Origin: an uncultured Chthonomonadaceae bacterium | GTDB taxonomy: Bacteria; Armatimonadota; Chthonomonadetes; Chthonomonadales; CAJBBX01 | DNA length: 64,000 nucleotides | Direction of reading: 5' to 3' | Assembly (NCBI GenBank): GCA_964429855.1 | Contig: CAYSDM010000024.1 | Coordinates: forward strand, 266-64,265 | Shown here: positions 53,109 to 62,977 of the stretch, piece by piece | Position numbering within the stretch: position 1 is the stretch's first letter | Layout: each line of letters starts with the position of its first letter | Notes under the pieces: model-generated | Told to the model about the DNA's origin: nothing | Databases searched by the model: none | What the model saw: only the letters and a program-made list of their open reading frames with translations | Made by a program: the position numbers and the translations under genes

Positions 53109-53417
53109 ATGAGCCGATCAGAAAACCAGACCGTTCCCCCCCGCCGACAGATCGCGCTGCTGTTTATCTTGCAGATGGCGCTGGTCATCGGGATGATACA
53201 TCTCGGCGTCCAGACCGGCGAGCGGTGGATGCGCGCGCGGGAGATGCGCCGGGAGAATGCCCGGATCGAGCGCAGGCTGCTGGAGGTTCAGCAGGAGAAT
53301 CAGCGGCTTCGCCGGGAAGCGCAGGCGCTTCAGACCCCGAACGGCATGGAGCGGGAGGCGCGTCGTCTGGGCTATGTTCGCCCGGGAGAGGTTCCGTTAA
53401 TCGTTTTGCCGCAATAG
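53109..53417 (+). CDS. Septum formation initiator (FtsB/DivIC family)
   Basis: One TM (IALLFILQMALVIGMI), a leucine-zipper-like coiled coil (ERRLLEVQQENQRLRREAQAL), and conserved LGYVRPGEV. Confidence 0.7.
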   Translation: MSRSENQTVPPRRQIALLFILQMALVIGMIHLGVQTGERWMRAREMRRENARIERRLLEVQQENQRLRREAQALQTPNGMEREARRLGYVRPGEVPLIVLPQ

Positions 53418-53496
53418 CAGCCACGACAGAGAGCATCCCTTCCTGCGGACATGGCGCAATGCCGTGTCCGCTTTGCACATCCGCAGGCGGAAAAAG

Positions 53497-54096
53497 ATGG
53501 AAACACTGTTCAGCATCTGTATCGGGGTGGGTTTAAGCGCGGCGGTCGGTTTCCGGGTGTTTGTGCCGCTCCTGATTCTGAGCATCGCCTCCTACGCCGG
53601 ATCCCTTCCCCTGTCAGACAGCTTTGCCTGGGTCGGGACGCTGCCCGCGCTGATCGCCTTCAGCATCGCCACGTTGTGCGAGGTTGCCGCCTACTTTATT
53701 CCCTGGCTGGATCACCTGCTGGATGTTATCGCCACTCCCGCAGCGGTGGTTGCGGGAACCGTCGTAACGGCAAGCGTCGTCGCCGATCTCAACCCGTTTC
53801 TGCAATGGTCGCTGGCGATTATCGCCGGAGGAGGCACAGCTGGTCTGATTCAGGGAGGAACCGGCGCAGCGCGGGCGATGTCCACCGCCGCCACCGGAGG
53901 ACTGGGCAACCCGATTTTTGCGCTGGTCGAGGCGGTCAGTTCCATCGCACTCTCGCTGCTGGCGCTGCTGCTTCCCATCATGGCGTTTGCGCTGGCTCTC
54001 TCGCTGGTCTCCATCGGGATCGCAGTTATCATCCTGTTTCGACGCGCCCTTGCGAAACGCAACATATCGCCTCCCATCCGCGATAAACATGGATAA
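53497..54096 (+). CDS. DUF4126-like membrane protein
   Basis: METLFSICIGVGLSAAVGFRVFVPLLILSIA and Gly-rich helices. Start chosen at the internal ATG 53497. Confidence 0.7.
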   Translation: METLFSICIGVGLSAAVGFRVFVPLLILSIASYAGSLPLSDSFAWVGTLPALIAFSIATLCEVAAYFIPWLDHLLDVIATPAAVVAGTVVTASVVADLNPFLQWSLAIIAGGGTAGLIQGGTGAARAMSTAATGGLGNPIFALVEAVSSIALSLLALLLPIMAFALALSLVSIGIAVIILFRRALAKRNISPPIRDKHG

Positions 54097-54273
54097 AGAG
54101 GCGGGAAAAGAGAGTATTGCCGTCGTACAAAGAACCTGAATGCATAATGAGGATGGCGACTCGCTTCCAGACGCCCTCCGCCAAACAGCAGCCCGACTGC
54201 CTATCTGTTTCAATGCCGTCATTGCGGCGCATCTGGAGGATACCGGGATTCCGATTAAGAAGGGAAAACGATC

Positions 54274-55173
54274 ATGGCACGCACCTACAACTACCTGACA
54301 TCCGAGCAGATCGAGCATTTTCTGGAGAAAGGCCATATCGTTCTGCACGACTGCTTTTCGCGAGAGACCGCAAACCAACTGACGGAATTTGCCTGGACAC
54401 GTCTGGGCTACGATCCCAACGATCCCTCCACCTGGGAGAAGTCTCGCATTCACATGCCTTCGCGGGAAAGACTGGAGGTGCGCGACTTCGCTCCGAAAGC
54501 CTGGGGAGCCGCCTGCGAACTGATGGGCGGCGAGGATCGGGTCGAACAGCCTGCCTGGTGGGGCGACTCGTTTATTATCAACTTTCGCGACGGCGCAGAC
54601 CGCCCCTGGGAGCCGCCTTCCGCACAGTCACCTGGCTGGCACAAGGACGGCGACTGGTTCCTGCACTTTCTGGACAGCCCGGAACAGGCGCTCCTGACGC
54701 TGGTCATCTGGTCTGATATCGAACATCAGGGCGGTGGAACCTATGTCGCCTGCGATTCGGTCGGACCGGTGGCTCGTTTTCTGGTCGAGCACCCGGAGGG
54801 CGTTCAACCGGGCGGCTTTGATTTTCGCGCGCTTGTCAGCCAGTGCAGCGATTTTCTTGAGTTCACCGGAAAGGTCGGAGACGTGGTGCTGCTGCATCCC
54901 TACATCCTGCATGCCTCCTCGCAGAACCTCTCCGGCAAGCCGCGATTTCTGACCAACCCCTGCTTCCATCTGCGCGAACCGATGCAGTTCAACCGCGCCA
55001 ATCCCGACGACTATTCGCTGGTAGAACAGGCGGTGCTGCGCTCTCTGGGCGTGGAGAGTCTGGATTTCCAGCCCGCTGCGCCGCGCGAGCGCATTGTCCC
55101 GGAGCGCGAGCGTATCCAGCAGAAGATGCGCGAGGAAGAGGAGGCGCGAATCGCGCAGGCAACCGCCGGATGA
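54274..55173 (+). CDS. Phytanoyl-CoA dioxygenase-like Fe(II)/2OG oxygenase
   Basis: LTSEQIEHFLEKGHIVLHDCF, HxD in GWHKDGDWF, distal His in LLHPYILHASSQN. Confidence 0.7.
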   Translation: MARTYNYLTSEQIEHFLEKGHIVLHDCFSRETANQLTEFAWTRLGYDPNDPSTWEKSRIHMPSRERLEVRDFAPKAWGAACELMGGEDRVEQPAWWGDSFIINFRDGADRPWEPPSAQSPGWHKDGDWFLHFLDSPEQALLTLVIWSDIEHQGGGTYVACDSVGPVARFLVEHPEGVQPGGFDFRALVSQCSDFLEFTGKVGDVVLLHPYILHASSQNLSGKPRFLTNPCFHLREPMQFNRANPDDYSLVEQAVLRSLGVESLDFQPAAPRERIVPERERIQQKMREEEEARIAQATAG

Positions 55174-55186
55174 GCGATGCGTAAAA

Positions 55187-55224
55187 CCGCCGCGAAGGAA
55201 GCCTCTTCGCGGCGGCTATTTTTC
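55187..55224 (+). terminator. Rho-independent terminator
   Basis: 11-bp GC stem ccgccgcgaag / cttcgcggcgg with a 7-nt loop, followed by ctattttt. Confidence 0.75.
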
Positions 55225-55263
55225 TGCTATTCTCCTTACAGCACAGTATATGCCTGATCTGCC

Positions 55264-55668
55264 ATGCGTAACTCCTTCCGATTTCCGCCCGCCTTCTACC
55301 ACGCGCTGGAGCAGTTTAACGCCGGAGAGTACTTCGCCTGTCACGAGACTTTGGAGGAACTATGGATACCGGAGACGGATACGATCCGGGAGGTCTATCA
55401 GGGAATTCTCCATGCGGCGGTCGCCTGTTACCATCTGGTTGAACGCGAAAACTGGCACGGCGCAGAGCGGCAGTTAGGGCGCGCTCTGCGTCGGCTGGCT
55501 CCCTGGCTCTCCATCATCGAGAGCGTGGATCTGGCGCAGATGCAATCGGACTGCCAGCGCCTGCGCTCCCACCTGCACGCCCTGGGATATGCGCGTGTCC
55601 GGGAGTACGATTCTTCACTGCTGCCCCGAATCATCTTTTTTAAACCCTGTGAGAAAGAGTTTAGTTAA
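55264..55668 (+). CDS. DUF309 domain protein
   Basis: FNAGEYFACHETLEELW...GILHAAVACYH pattern. Confidence 0.75.
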   Translation: MRNSFRFPPAFYHALEQFNAGEYFACHETLEELWIPETDTIREVYQGILHAAVACYHLVERENWHGAERQLGRALRRLAPWLSIIESVDLAQMQSDCQRLRSHLHALGYARVREYDSSLLPRIIFFKPCEKEFS

Positions 55669-55781
55669 TCTAATAAACTATCAAGATAAGGTACTATAGC
55701 AACCATATTTCGTCAAGCAGCCTCGAACCGTTGCATCCATCACGGGATTTCATCCCGTCACCCGGTATAAGGAGTCTATCC

Positions 55782-57101
55782 ATGTATCGTTTACGGCAGA
55801 CGTATACCCCGGCATTGATCGTTGTCCTCGTCCTGGGAATCTGGCTGAACGGGTGCGGGGGCGGAGGCAGTACTCCGGAGAAGTTTGAGGAAAAGTTCGC
55901 CACATCGCGAGAGGCGTTTCGTCCCCTGTCCGACAAACTGCTGGCTCTCTTCACGGTGGGCAACACGGGAACGCTTAACACCAGTCAGGCGGAAGGTCTG
56001 AAAGTACGGCTGAACACCGACGCGACCCGACTTTCCATCGAGTTTCACAACGAGGCACAGGGACTGGTCATCAGTCCGGTGGAGTTGCTACCCGATCCAG
56101 CGGCATCGGGCGGTTTCCGGGCGGAAAATGTGCAGGCGTTTGGACGAAATGACCTGATACTGCTGGCGCGCGTTCACGAAAATGGACCGGACGGCACCGA
56201 GATATCCCTGATGATTACCACCCCTGCCACACGCGCCGCTTCACGCACACGCGCGGTCATTAATACGTCTGCGGATCGAGCGGAAAGGCGTCAAGCCTAT
56301 AAACGTCACAATGCGGAGTTGATCCGTCAGAACGTCTGCAACGATCTGGAGCGGTTCGCCTGCATGGTTCAGGATATTGTAGATACTGGCGTAAGCAAGT
56401 TCGGTCGTGACCAGGCTGCCCTGGATCTGATCATGGACGATCTGGTGGATATCTTCGTTCCCGCCGGTTACTACAAGAGCAGCATGATGCGGTTGGAGCC
56501 GACCCTTCAGGAAGACGTGCTTACCGATCCGGGTCCCGCCTGCGGCAATGCGAAGGGACTGAGCGGTTTTGCTCCAGAGTTTCGCAACGGGGAGGGGCGT
56601 TTCCGCCACTTTATGGCGAATGCCTCCTCAAAGCGGTTCGCACCCGGATTCATCGTGAATCTGACAGCGCGCTTCGTAGGAGGCGACTGGGGGTGGAAGA
56701 ACGACCCGACCGGAGATATCGCCGCCGATCTGGCAACCAACGCAGCCGGACGCGATTTCTACGATTTCCTGTTTGGTCTGAAAGGGGACAACCGCCTCGG
56801 TGATGGCGTGACCGTCAAAGAGTGGATCAGGAACAAGTTCAAAGACCCGAACGATCCGAATCGCACGAATGTTCTGTTGAAGCTGAATAAACAGGTCGGT
56901 CCGTATGCCGCTGGAACCGAGATCGCCCTCTGCCGGATACGCGGATGTATGATCAATCCGATCCATCTTCCCAATTGCGCATATGAGCATATGCATGCTC
57001 AGCATGAAGAGGGAATCTTCATTGATGATCAGGGTCCTTATACGGATACGGAGCATACGAAATGCGGCTATGGCGAGATCGTTCGCCGCCCCTCCAACTG
57101 A
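55782..57101 (+). CDS. Hypothetical lipoprotein with Cys/His-rich C-terminus
   Basis: ATG 55782 after an AAGGAG SD. Lipobox LVLGIWLNGCGGGG. C-terminus CRIRGCMINPIHLPNCAYEHMHAQHEE...HTKCGYG. No family recognised. Confidence 0.6.
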   Translation: MYRLRQTYTPALIVVLVLGIWLNGCGGGGSTPEKFEEKFATSREAFRPLSDKLLALFTVGNTGTLNTSQAEGLKVRLNTDATRLSIEFHNEAQGLVISPVELLPDPAASGGFRAENVQAFGRNDLILLARVHENGPDGTEISLMITTPATRAASRTRAVINTSADRAERRQAYKRHNAELIRQNVCNDLERFACMVQDIVDTGVSKFGRDQAALDLIMDDLVDIFVPAGYYKSSMMRLEPTLQEDVLTDPGPACGNAKGLSGFAPEFRNGEGRFRHFMANASSKRFAPGFIVNLTARFVGGDWGWKNDPTGDIAADLATNAAGRDFYDFLFGLKGDNRLGDGVTVKEWIRNKFKDPNDPNRTNVLLKLNKQVGPYAAGTEIALCRIRGCMINPIHLPNCAYEHMHAQHEEGIFIDDQGPYTDTEHTKCGYGEIVRRPSN

Positions 57102-57424
57102 AGTAATCAAAATCAGCGCATATATCCTGTGTTTTTTGGGTAACTATGTCTAGCCATATCCAGTATTATATGGTAGACTACTCATAACACTGATAACAGA
57201 TTTCATAGCATAAACTTTATGCCTTTGTCTGCACAGCAGAGACGCTGCGCGGGCAGAGGCTTTCGGCTTATTGGCAGCCGCGAATCGGCATCGGGCTGCA
57301 GTCCTTGATGACACGATGCCGGAGAAGGATATAATCGCCCCATGTTCGCAGTACATACCAACTGGTTCGGAGCCGTGCAGATGCATGGCTGGATGGCGTT
57401 GTCTGGAGAGATGACGGAACGTTA

Positions 57425-57476
57425 GGCGTCCCGTCGGACAGAGAGGATCAGAAGGATCTCTGTCGGCGGAGACGCC
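57425..57476 (+). promoter_or_regulatory. Long imperfect stem-loop in the leader of the ABC exporter operon
   Basis: About 19 bp pair in three blocks (ggcgtc/gacgcc, ccgtc/ggcgg with one G-U, gacagaga/tctctgtc) with two 1-nt bulges and a 12-nt loop. It ends 28 nt before ATG 57504. Confidence 0.35.
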
Positions 57477-57503
57477 CTGTTCACGCGAAAAGGTTATAAG
57501 CTC

Positions 57504-59264
57504 ATGCGAAACTTTTTCCGGCTTCTTCGCGAAGTTAGACGCTACTGGAAGGTACTGCTGTTAATCGGCTTTTTGACGCTGATTGCCGCAGCGCTGGGTC
57601 TTCCCGGTCCCCTCATCATCAAATACCTCGTTGACCACCTTGTCAGCCGCCAGCCCTTCAGCATTTTTGCGGTTTTCTGCGCCCTCGTCGGAGTCGCCAT
57701 CGCCAGCGGTCTGGTTGGATTTGCCCTCACCATGTCCGTCACCTATCTCGGACAGCGTTTCAAATTCGATATGCGCCGCAAGCTCTACGCGCATATGCAG
57801 ACGCTCTCGCTGGGCTACTTCGAGAAGAACCAAACCGGCAAACTCATGTCCAACATCACCAACGATGTGGCGACGCTGGATCAACTGATCGGCGGCGGTT
57901 TTGTCACGCTTGTCTCCGATCTGGTGACTCTGACCGCGGTACTTATCATCATCTTCACCATGAACTGGCAGCTTGCGCTGGTGGGCATGTCGGTATTCCC
58001 CTTCTATATCGCCAACTACCTGGTGCATATCGGCAAGATCAAACGCACCGCCGACGACATTCGCGAAGAGCGCGACGTGATGCTGGGCGACCTGCAGGAG
58101 AAGCTGGCAGGCGCGCTGGTGGTTAAGTCGTATGCCAAGGAGCGATCCGAGGTGCTTCAGTTTGTCGGTCAGAACCGGAGCCTGCTGGGTTTGAATGTTC
58201 GTCAGGGCGTGCTGGGAACCCGGTTGTGGACTATCGCCGAGTTTATCGGAAGCGGTCTGGGAGTCGCATTGATTCTCTGGTTCGGCGGACGACAGGTCAT
58301 GCAGGGCAACCTGTCTCCGGGCGCTCTGGTGGCGTTCGTCTCCTTCATCACCGGCTATCTTTACGGTCCTATTCTGCGCCTGATCCAGTTAAACGATCAG
58401 ATTGCGCGCACTAACGCCGCGCTCCGCCGCATCTTTGCCACGCTCGACACCGAGCCAAACATCAAAGACCGCCCGGACGCCAAACCCCTCCCTCCCATTA
58501 AGGGTGCGGTTCGCTATGAGAATGTCTGGTTCGAATATGAGCCGGGACAGCCAGTACTCAAGGGGATCAACCTGGACATCCGACCGGGCATGATGGTGGC
58601 TCTGGTGGGACAGTCCGGCTCCGGCAAAACGACGATGATCAACCTTCTGCAACGGCACTACGACGTGACGGAGGGCAGGATCACGGTAGATGGATACGAC
58701 CTGCGCGATGTAACGCTGCTCTCCCTGCGGAAACAGGTGGGAGTCGTCATCCAGGAGACCATCCTGTTCAACACCACCATCCGCGAAAATATACGTTACG
58801 GGCGGCTGGAGGCGACGGACGAAGAGGTGGAGGCGGCAGCACGCGCCGCCAATATCGCCCATGTCATCGAAGGGCTTCCCAAAGGCTACGATACGCGCAT
58901 CGGCGAAGAGGGAATCAAACTCTCCGGCGGAGAGAAACAGCGGCTTGCCATTGCCCGCGCCATCCTCTCCGACCCGCGCATTCTAATCCTGGATGAAGCC
59001 ACCTCCTCGCTGGACTCCGAGACGGAGACGCTCATTCAGGAGGCGCTGGAGCACCTGATGCAGGGGCGTACCTCTTTTGTCATCGCCCACCGCCTCTCCA
59101 CCATTGTCAAAGCCGATCTGATCGTCGTCATGGAGAAGGGGAACATCCGGGAGATGGGCAGTCATCAGGAACTGCTGCAGCAGGGCGGAGTCTACGCTGA
59201 CCTCTACAATCAACAGTTCAAAGTCGCCCTGGACGCGATCCAGACGGAGGGAGCCGCCGCTTAG
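57504..59264 (+). CDS. ABC exporter, fused permease/ATPase subunit (canonical NBD)
   Basis: Six N-terminal TM helices. Walker A GQSGSGKTT, signature LSGGEKQR, Walker B ILILDEATS, H-loop FVIAHRLS. Confidence 0.9.
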   Translation: MRNFFRLLREVRRYWKVLLLIGFLTLIAAALGLPGPLIIKYLVDHLVSRQPFSIFAVFCALVGVAIASGLVGFALTMSVTYLGQRFKFDMRRKLYAHMQTLSLGYFEKNQTGKLMSNITNDVATLDQLIGGGFVTLVSDLVTLTAVLIIIFTMNWQLALVGMSVFPFYIANYLVHIGKIKRTADDIREERDVMLGDLQEKLAGALVVKSYAKERSEVLQFVGQNRSLLGLNVRQGVLGTRLWTIAEFIGSGLGVALILWFGGRQVMQGNLSPGALVAFVSFITGYLYGPILRLIQLNDQIARTNAALRRIFATLDTEPNIKDRPDAKPLPPIKGAVRYENVWFEYEPGQPVLKGINLDIRPGMMVALVGQSGSGKTTMINLLQRHYDVTEGRITVDGYDLRDVTLLSLRKQVGVVIQETILFNTTIRENIRYGRLEATDEEVEAAARAANIAHVIEGLPKGYDTRIGEEGIKLSGGEKQRLAIARAILSDPRILILDEATSSLDSETETLIQEALEHLMQGRTSFVIAHRLSTIVKADLIVVMEKGNIREMGSHQELLQQGGVYADLYNQQFKVALDAIQTEGAAA

Positions 59265-59279
59265 CGGCTAGAGCCAGCC

Positions 59280-61034
59280 ATGAATAACTTCTCGCGACTG
59301 CTGAGCTATCTGAAACCTTACCGAACGCGAGTCGGTATAGCGGTCGGATTGATGCTGCTGGTAACTCTGACCGCGCTGCCGATGCCGCGCATCACGCAGT
59401 ACGTCATTGACGATGTGCTGCCGAAAAAGCAGTTTCACGCTCTCAATTACGTCTTTCTGATGGTGGTGCTGCTCTATCTGATACGCGGGACGATCTCCTT
59501 TCTGCTCAACTACCTGATTAGCTGGCTCGGACAGCGCATTGTCTTTGATCTGCGCTTCCAGTCTTACCGGCATATCAACCGTCTGTCGCTCTCCTACTAC
59601 GACAAACGACAGACCGGCAAGATCATGGCGCGGGTGATTGACGACATCAACGTCATTCAGTACATGATTACCGGCGGCTTTGTCACGCTGATCACCGATA
59701 TTCTGACTCTGGTGGTCGTTATCCCGGTAGTCTTCTGGATGGACTGGCGGCTTGCGCTCATCTCCATCACCGTCGTCCCGATCTACGTAGCCTGCTACAA
59801 ACTATTTCTGAAAAAGATTCGTCGGTTGAGCGAACAGCTTCGGGAGAAGTGGGACGCCCTGCTGGGCGCGCTGCAGGAGAAGATCACAGGCATTACGGTC
59901 GTGAAGGCGTTTGCGCGAGAGACCCATGAGACCGAACGGTTTATGTATACGGTGCAGGATAACTTCTCGCTCGGAATGCAGCAGGCAAAACTCAATCGAA
60001 CGCTGGGCGTCGTCGCCACCGTGATACGCGCCGTCGGAACAGGACTAATCTTCTGGGTGGGGACAAAACTGGTGCTGGGAGAGCAGCTTCAGCCGGGCGA
60101 GTTGATCGCCTTTGTCGGCTATATCGGCTATCTTTACGATCCCTCCGTCCGACTGGTGGACTTCAACATTCAGGCGCAGTGGGCAGGCGCGGCGATGGAT
60201 CGCGTCTTTGAAACGCTGGATACGCGCCCGGAGATCACCGATGCGCCGAATGCGGTTACCATCCGCGAGATGAAGGGGGCGGTGGAGTTCAAGAACGTCA
60301 CGTTCGGTTATGAGGCAGACAGTCCTGTGCTGCGAAATATCAACCTGAATGTAGAACCCGGCAAGGTGGTCGCCATCGTGGGACCGTCCGGCGCGGGCAA
60401 GACCAGTCTGGTGAACCTGATTGCCCGCTTCTATGATGTGAGTGAAGGGGCAGTGTTGATTGATGGGGTGGATGTGCGGCAGATTCGTCTGGAATCGATC
60501 CGGCGTCAGATCGGATATGTCAGTCAGGAGTCGCTGCTCTTCTCCGTCTCCATCCGTGAAAATATCGCCTACGGCAATAAAGAGGCGACGGATGAGCAGA
60601 TCATACAGGCGGCGAAAGACGCCGATCTGCACGACTTCATCACATCGCTGCCGGACGGCTACGACACCAAGATCGGCGAAGACGGAATCAAGATGTCCGT
60701 CGGGCAGAAGCAGCGTCTGGCGATTGCTCGCGCCACGCTGACCAATCCGCGCATTCTGATCCTGGACGACGCCACCTCCGCCCTCGACTCCAGAACGGAA
60801 GCCAATGTGCAGCAGGCGCTGGAGCGCGTGATGCAAGGACGCACCAACTTCGTCATCGCGCACCGCCTCTCCACCATCGTCAACGCCGACCAGATCATCG
60901 TCCTGGATCGCGGCGAGATCGTGGACCTCGGGACACATGCGGCACTGGTGGCACGCCCCGGTGTCTACAAAAATCTGTACGATGAGCAGTTCAAGAGCGC
61001 GCAGGAAGAGGCTCTCACTGCGCTGCTGGGATAA
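59280..61034 (+). CDS. ABC exporter, fused permease/ATPase subunit (non-canonical NBD)
   Basis: Walker A GPSGAGKTS, signature variant MSVGQKQR, Walker B ILILDDATS (Asp in place of the catalytic Glu), H-loop FVIAHRLS. Confidence 0.9.
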   Translation: MNNFSRLLSYLKPYRTRVGIAVGLMLLVTLTALPMPRITQYVIDDVLPKKQFHALNYVFLMVVLLYLIRGTISFLLNYLISWLGQRIVFDLRFQSYRHINRLSLSYYDKRQTGKIMARVIDDINVIQYMITGGFVTLITDILTLVVVIPVVFWMDWRLALISITVVPIYVACYKLFLKKIRRLSEQLREKWDALLGALQEKITGITVVKAFARETHETERFMYTVQDNFSLGMQQAKLNRTLGVVATVIRAVGTGLIFWVGTKLVLGEQLQPGELIAFVGYIGYLYDPSVRLVDFNIQAQWAGAAMDRVFETLDTRPEITDAPNAVTIREMKGAVEFKNVTFGYEADSPVLRNINLNVEPGKVVAIVGPSGAGKTSLVNLIARFYDVSEGAVLIDGVDVRQIRLESIRRQIGYVSQESLLFSVSIRENIAYGNKEATDEQIIQAAKDADLHDFITSLPDGYDTKIGEDGIKMSVGQKQRLAIARATLTNPRILILDDATSALDSRTEANVQQALERVMQGRTNFVIAHRLSTIVNADQIIVLDRGEIVDLGTHAALVARPGVYKNLYDEQFKSAQEEALTALLG

Positions 61035-61090
61035 ATACGGGTATACTCTGGTACGCAACCTTCCGACCTGCGCGTAACGTATAGGAAATG

Positions 61091-61122
61091 ATCCGGGCGT
61101 CTGCTTAAACGCCCGGATCTTG
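61091..61122 (+). terminator. Hairpin downstream of the ABC exporter pair
   Basis: 10-bp stem atccgggcgt / acgcccggat with an 8-nt loop, followed by cttgt. Confidence 0.55.
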
Positions 61123-61148
61123 TAAAGTCGCCCTTGAAGGATGGATGC

Positions 61149-61802
61149 ATGATCAACAGTCACCTCGTCTGGAATCTTTTTCTGGCGGTCATACCGGTTG
61201 TGTTAGCCTGGACGCTTGCCTGGGGACTGACCCGCCAGGGCAAGCAGCGACATCTGCCCCTTCTGGTCTGTCTGCCGCTGGCGGTCGCATGGCTGGTCTT
61301 TCTGCCGAACACCTGTTACCTGCTGACCCAGTGGCGGCATCTTCTCTTTGATGCGCGCTGGGAGGGGCTTCTGGACAGCGGACATGCAGACCGCCTCGCG
61401 ATGCTCTCCACCGCCAAATGGTCGCTCTTTTTTCTGATCTACAGCGGAACCGGCGTAATTCTCTTCACCCTGGCGATTCGCCCGATGGAACGCTGGCTGC
61501 GCTCCATCAACCATAAATTCTATCTCTACGCGCCGTTCTTCTTTTTCCTGATGTCGTTCGGAGTCTATCTGGGGCTGATTCCTCGCGCTAACTCCTGGGA
61601 CATTCTCTCCAATCCACTCTGGTTATGGCAGCAGACTCTCTATGCTCTGGGGAACACCACGCTAATAACAGCGATTGTCGTCTTCGGGTTAATCCTCTGG
61701 GCGCTCTACGAGGCGATTGATCTGTGGGTGGACGGCGTGGCGGAGCGACTGCATCGCTGGGGCATTCTGCGTTCCCCGGCGCGCGCCCGCGCAACGGCAT
61801 AG
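61149..61802 (+). CDS. DUF1361-like membrane protein
   Basis: HLVWNLFLAVIPVVLAW N-terminal pattern, polytopic. ATG 61149 is preferred over TTG 61134. Confidence 0.7.
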   Translation: MINSHLVWNLFLAVIPVVLAWTLAWGLTRQGKQRHLPLLVCLPLAVAWLVFLPNTCYLLTQWRHLLFDARWEGLLDSGHADRLAMLSTAKWSLFFLIYSGTGVILFTLAIRPMERWLRSINHKFYLYAPFFFFLMSFGVYLGLIPRANSWDILSNPLWLWQQTLYALGNTTLITAIVVFGLILWALYEAIDLWVDGVAERLHRWGILRSPARARATA

Positions 61803-61809
61803 ACAGACG

Positions 61810-62148
61810 ATGAAGATCACCGGTCCGGGCAAACACCTCTCGATCTATATCGGCGAATCCGACCGATGGCACGGCAAAGCGCTCTACATGGCAATCGTGG
61901 AGCGTGCCCGCCAGGAGGGACTTGCGGGAGCCACTGTGACGCGCGGCATCGAGGGATTCGGAGCCAACAGCCGCATCCATACCGCCTCCATTCTGCGCCT
62001 CTCGGAAGACCTGCCCATTCGGATCGAGATCATTGATAACGCCGAACGAATCTCGCGATTCCTGCCGCTGCTGGATGAGATGGTGTCCGAAGGGCTGATA
62101 ACCGTTCAGGACTGCGAGATCGTGAAATACACGCACGCCGATAAATGA
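61810..62148 (+). CDS. DUF190 (PII-like fold) protein
   Basis: LSIYIGESDRWHGKALYMAIVERARQEGLAGATVTRGIEGFG at ATG 61810. Confidence 0.75.
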   Translation: MKITGPGKHLSIYIGESDRWHGKALYMAIVERARQEGLAGATVTRGIEGFGANSRIHTASILRLSEDLPIRIEIIDNAERISRFLPLLDEMVSEGLITVQDCEIVKYTHADK

Positions 62149-62166
62149 TAATCCAGAAACGAAACC

Positions 62167-62958
62167 ATGACCACCTCTTACCATAACCACACGACCTGGA
62201 GCGATGGAACGACCGCGCTTTCCGAGATGATTGAAGCTGCCGAACAGATCGGGTTGCAGGAACTGGGTATCTCCGATCACTTTGTGCTCTATCCCGGCGG
62301 CGAACAGGTCGGATGGACGATGCCGCTGGATCGGTTGGGGGACTATGTGGGGGAGATTTATGAGGCGGGACAGAGCGCGAAGGTGACGGTGCGCGCCGGA
62401 ATAGAAGCCGACTACTTCCCGGAGACGGTCGAAACATTGCGCGGGCTTCTGGCGCAGCATCCTTTTGACTACGTGATCGGGTCTGTCCACTATCTGAATG
62501 GCTTCCCGATAGATGAGCATCGCCGTTACTGGGATGCCCTCTCCATAGAGCAGCGCGAAGAGAACTGGCGGCTCTACTGGGAGCGAATCCGGCTGCTGGC
62601 GGAGAGTCGGGTCTACGATTTTGTGGGACACCTGGACCTGCCCAAGAAGTTCGGACACCTGCCGACCACCTCGCACGCAAAGGCGGAGAGCACCGCGCTG
62701 GACGCCATTGCGGCCGCCGACATGGCGATTGAGATCAATACCGCCGGATGGAGCCTGCCGGTACAGGAAGCCTATCCTGCTCTCTCGCTGCTGCGCGCCG
62801 CCCGTGAACGCGACATTCCCCTGCTTATTAACGCCGACGCCCACACGCCCGCGCATCTCACCCGCCACTTCGACCGCGCCCGCGACCTTGCCCGGGAAGC
62901 CGGGTACACCCATCTTGTTCGCTACGAACGCCGTCAGAGGGTTCCGGTCCCGCTCTGA
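62167..62958 (+). CDS. PHP-family histidinol-phosphatase-like protein
   Basis: YHNHTTWSDG metal motif, GISDHF, GSVHYL, VGHLDL, INADAHTP. Confidence 0.8.
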   Translation: MTTSYHNHTTWSDGTTALSEMIEAAEQIGLQELGISDHFVLYPGGEQVGWTMPLDRLGDYVGEIYEAGQSAKVTVRAGIEADYFPETVETLRGLLAQHPFDYVIGSVHYLNGFPIDEHRRYWDALSIEQREENWRLYWERIRLLAESRVYDFVGHLDLPKKFGHLPTTSHAKAESTALDAIAAADMAIEINTAGWSLPVQEAYPALSLLRAARERDIPLLINADAHTPAHLTRHFDRARDLAREAGYTHLVRYERRQRVPVPL

Positions 62959-62977
62959 CACGGCTTCATTCTGCCGC

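Noticed and set aside
57150-57386. 78-aa minus-strand ORF in the AT-rich spacer
   Set aside because: No SD and no motif, with odd composition. It overlaps the more structured leader region of the ABC operon. Coding is not supported.
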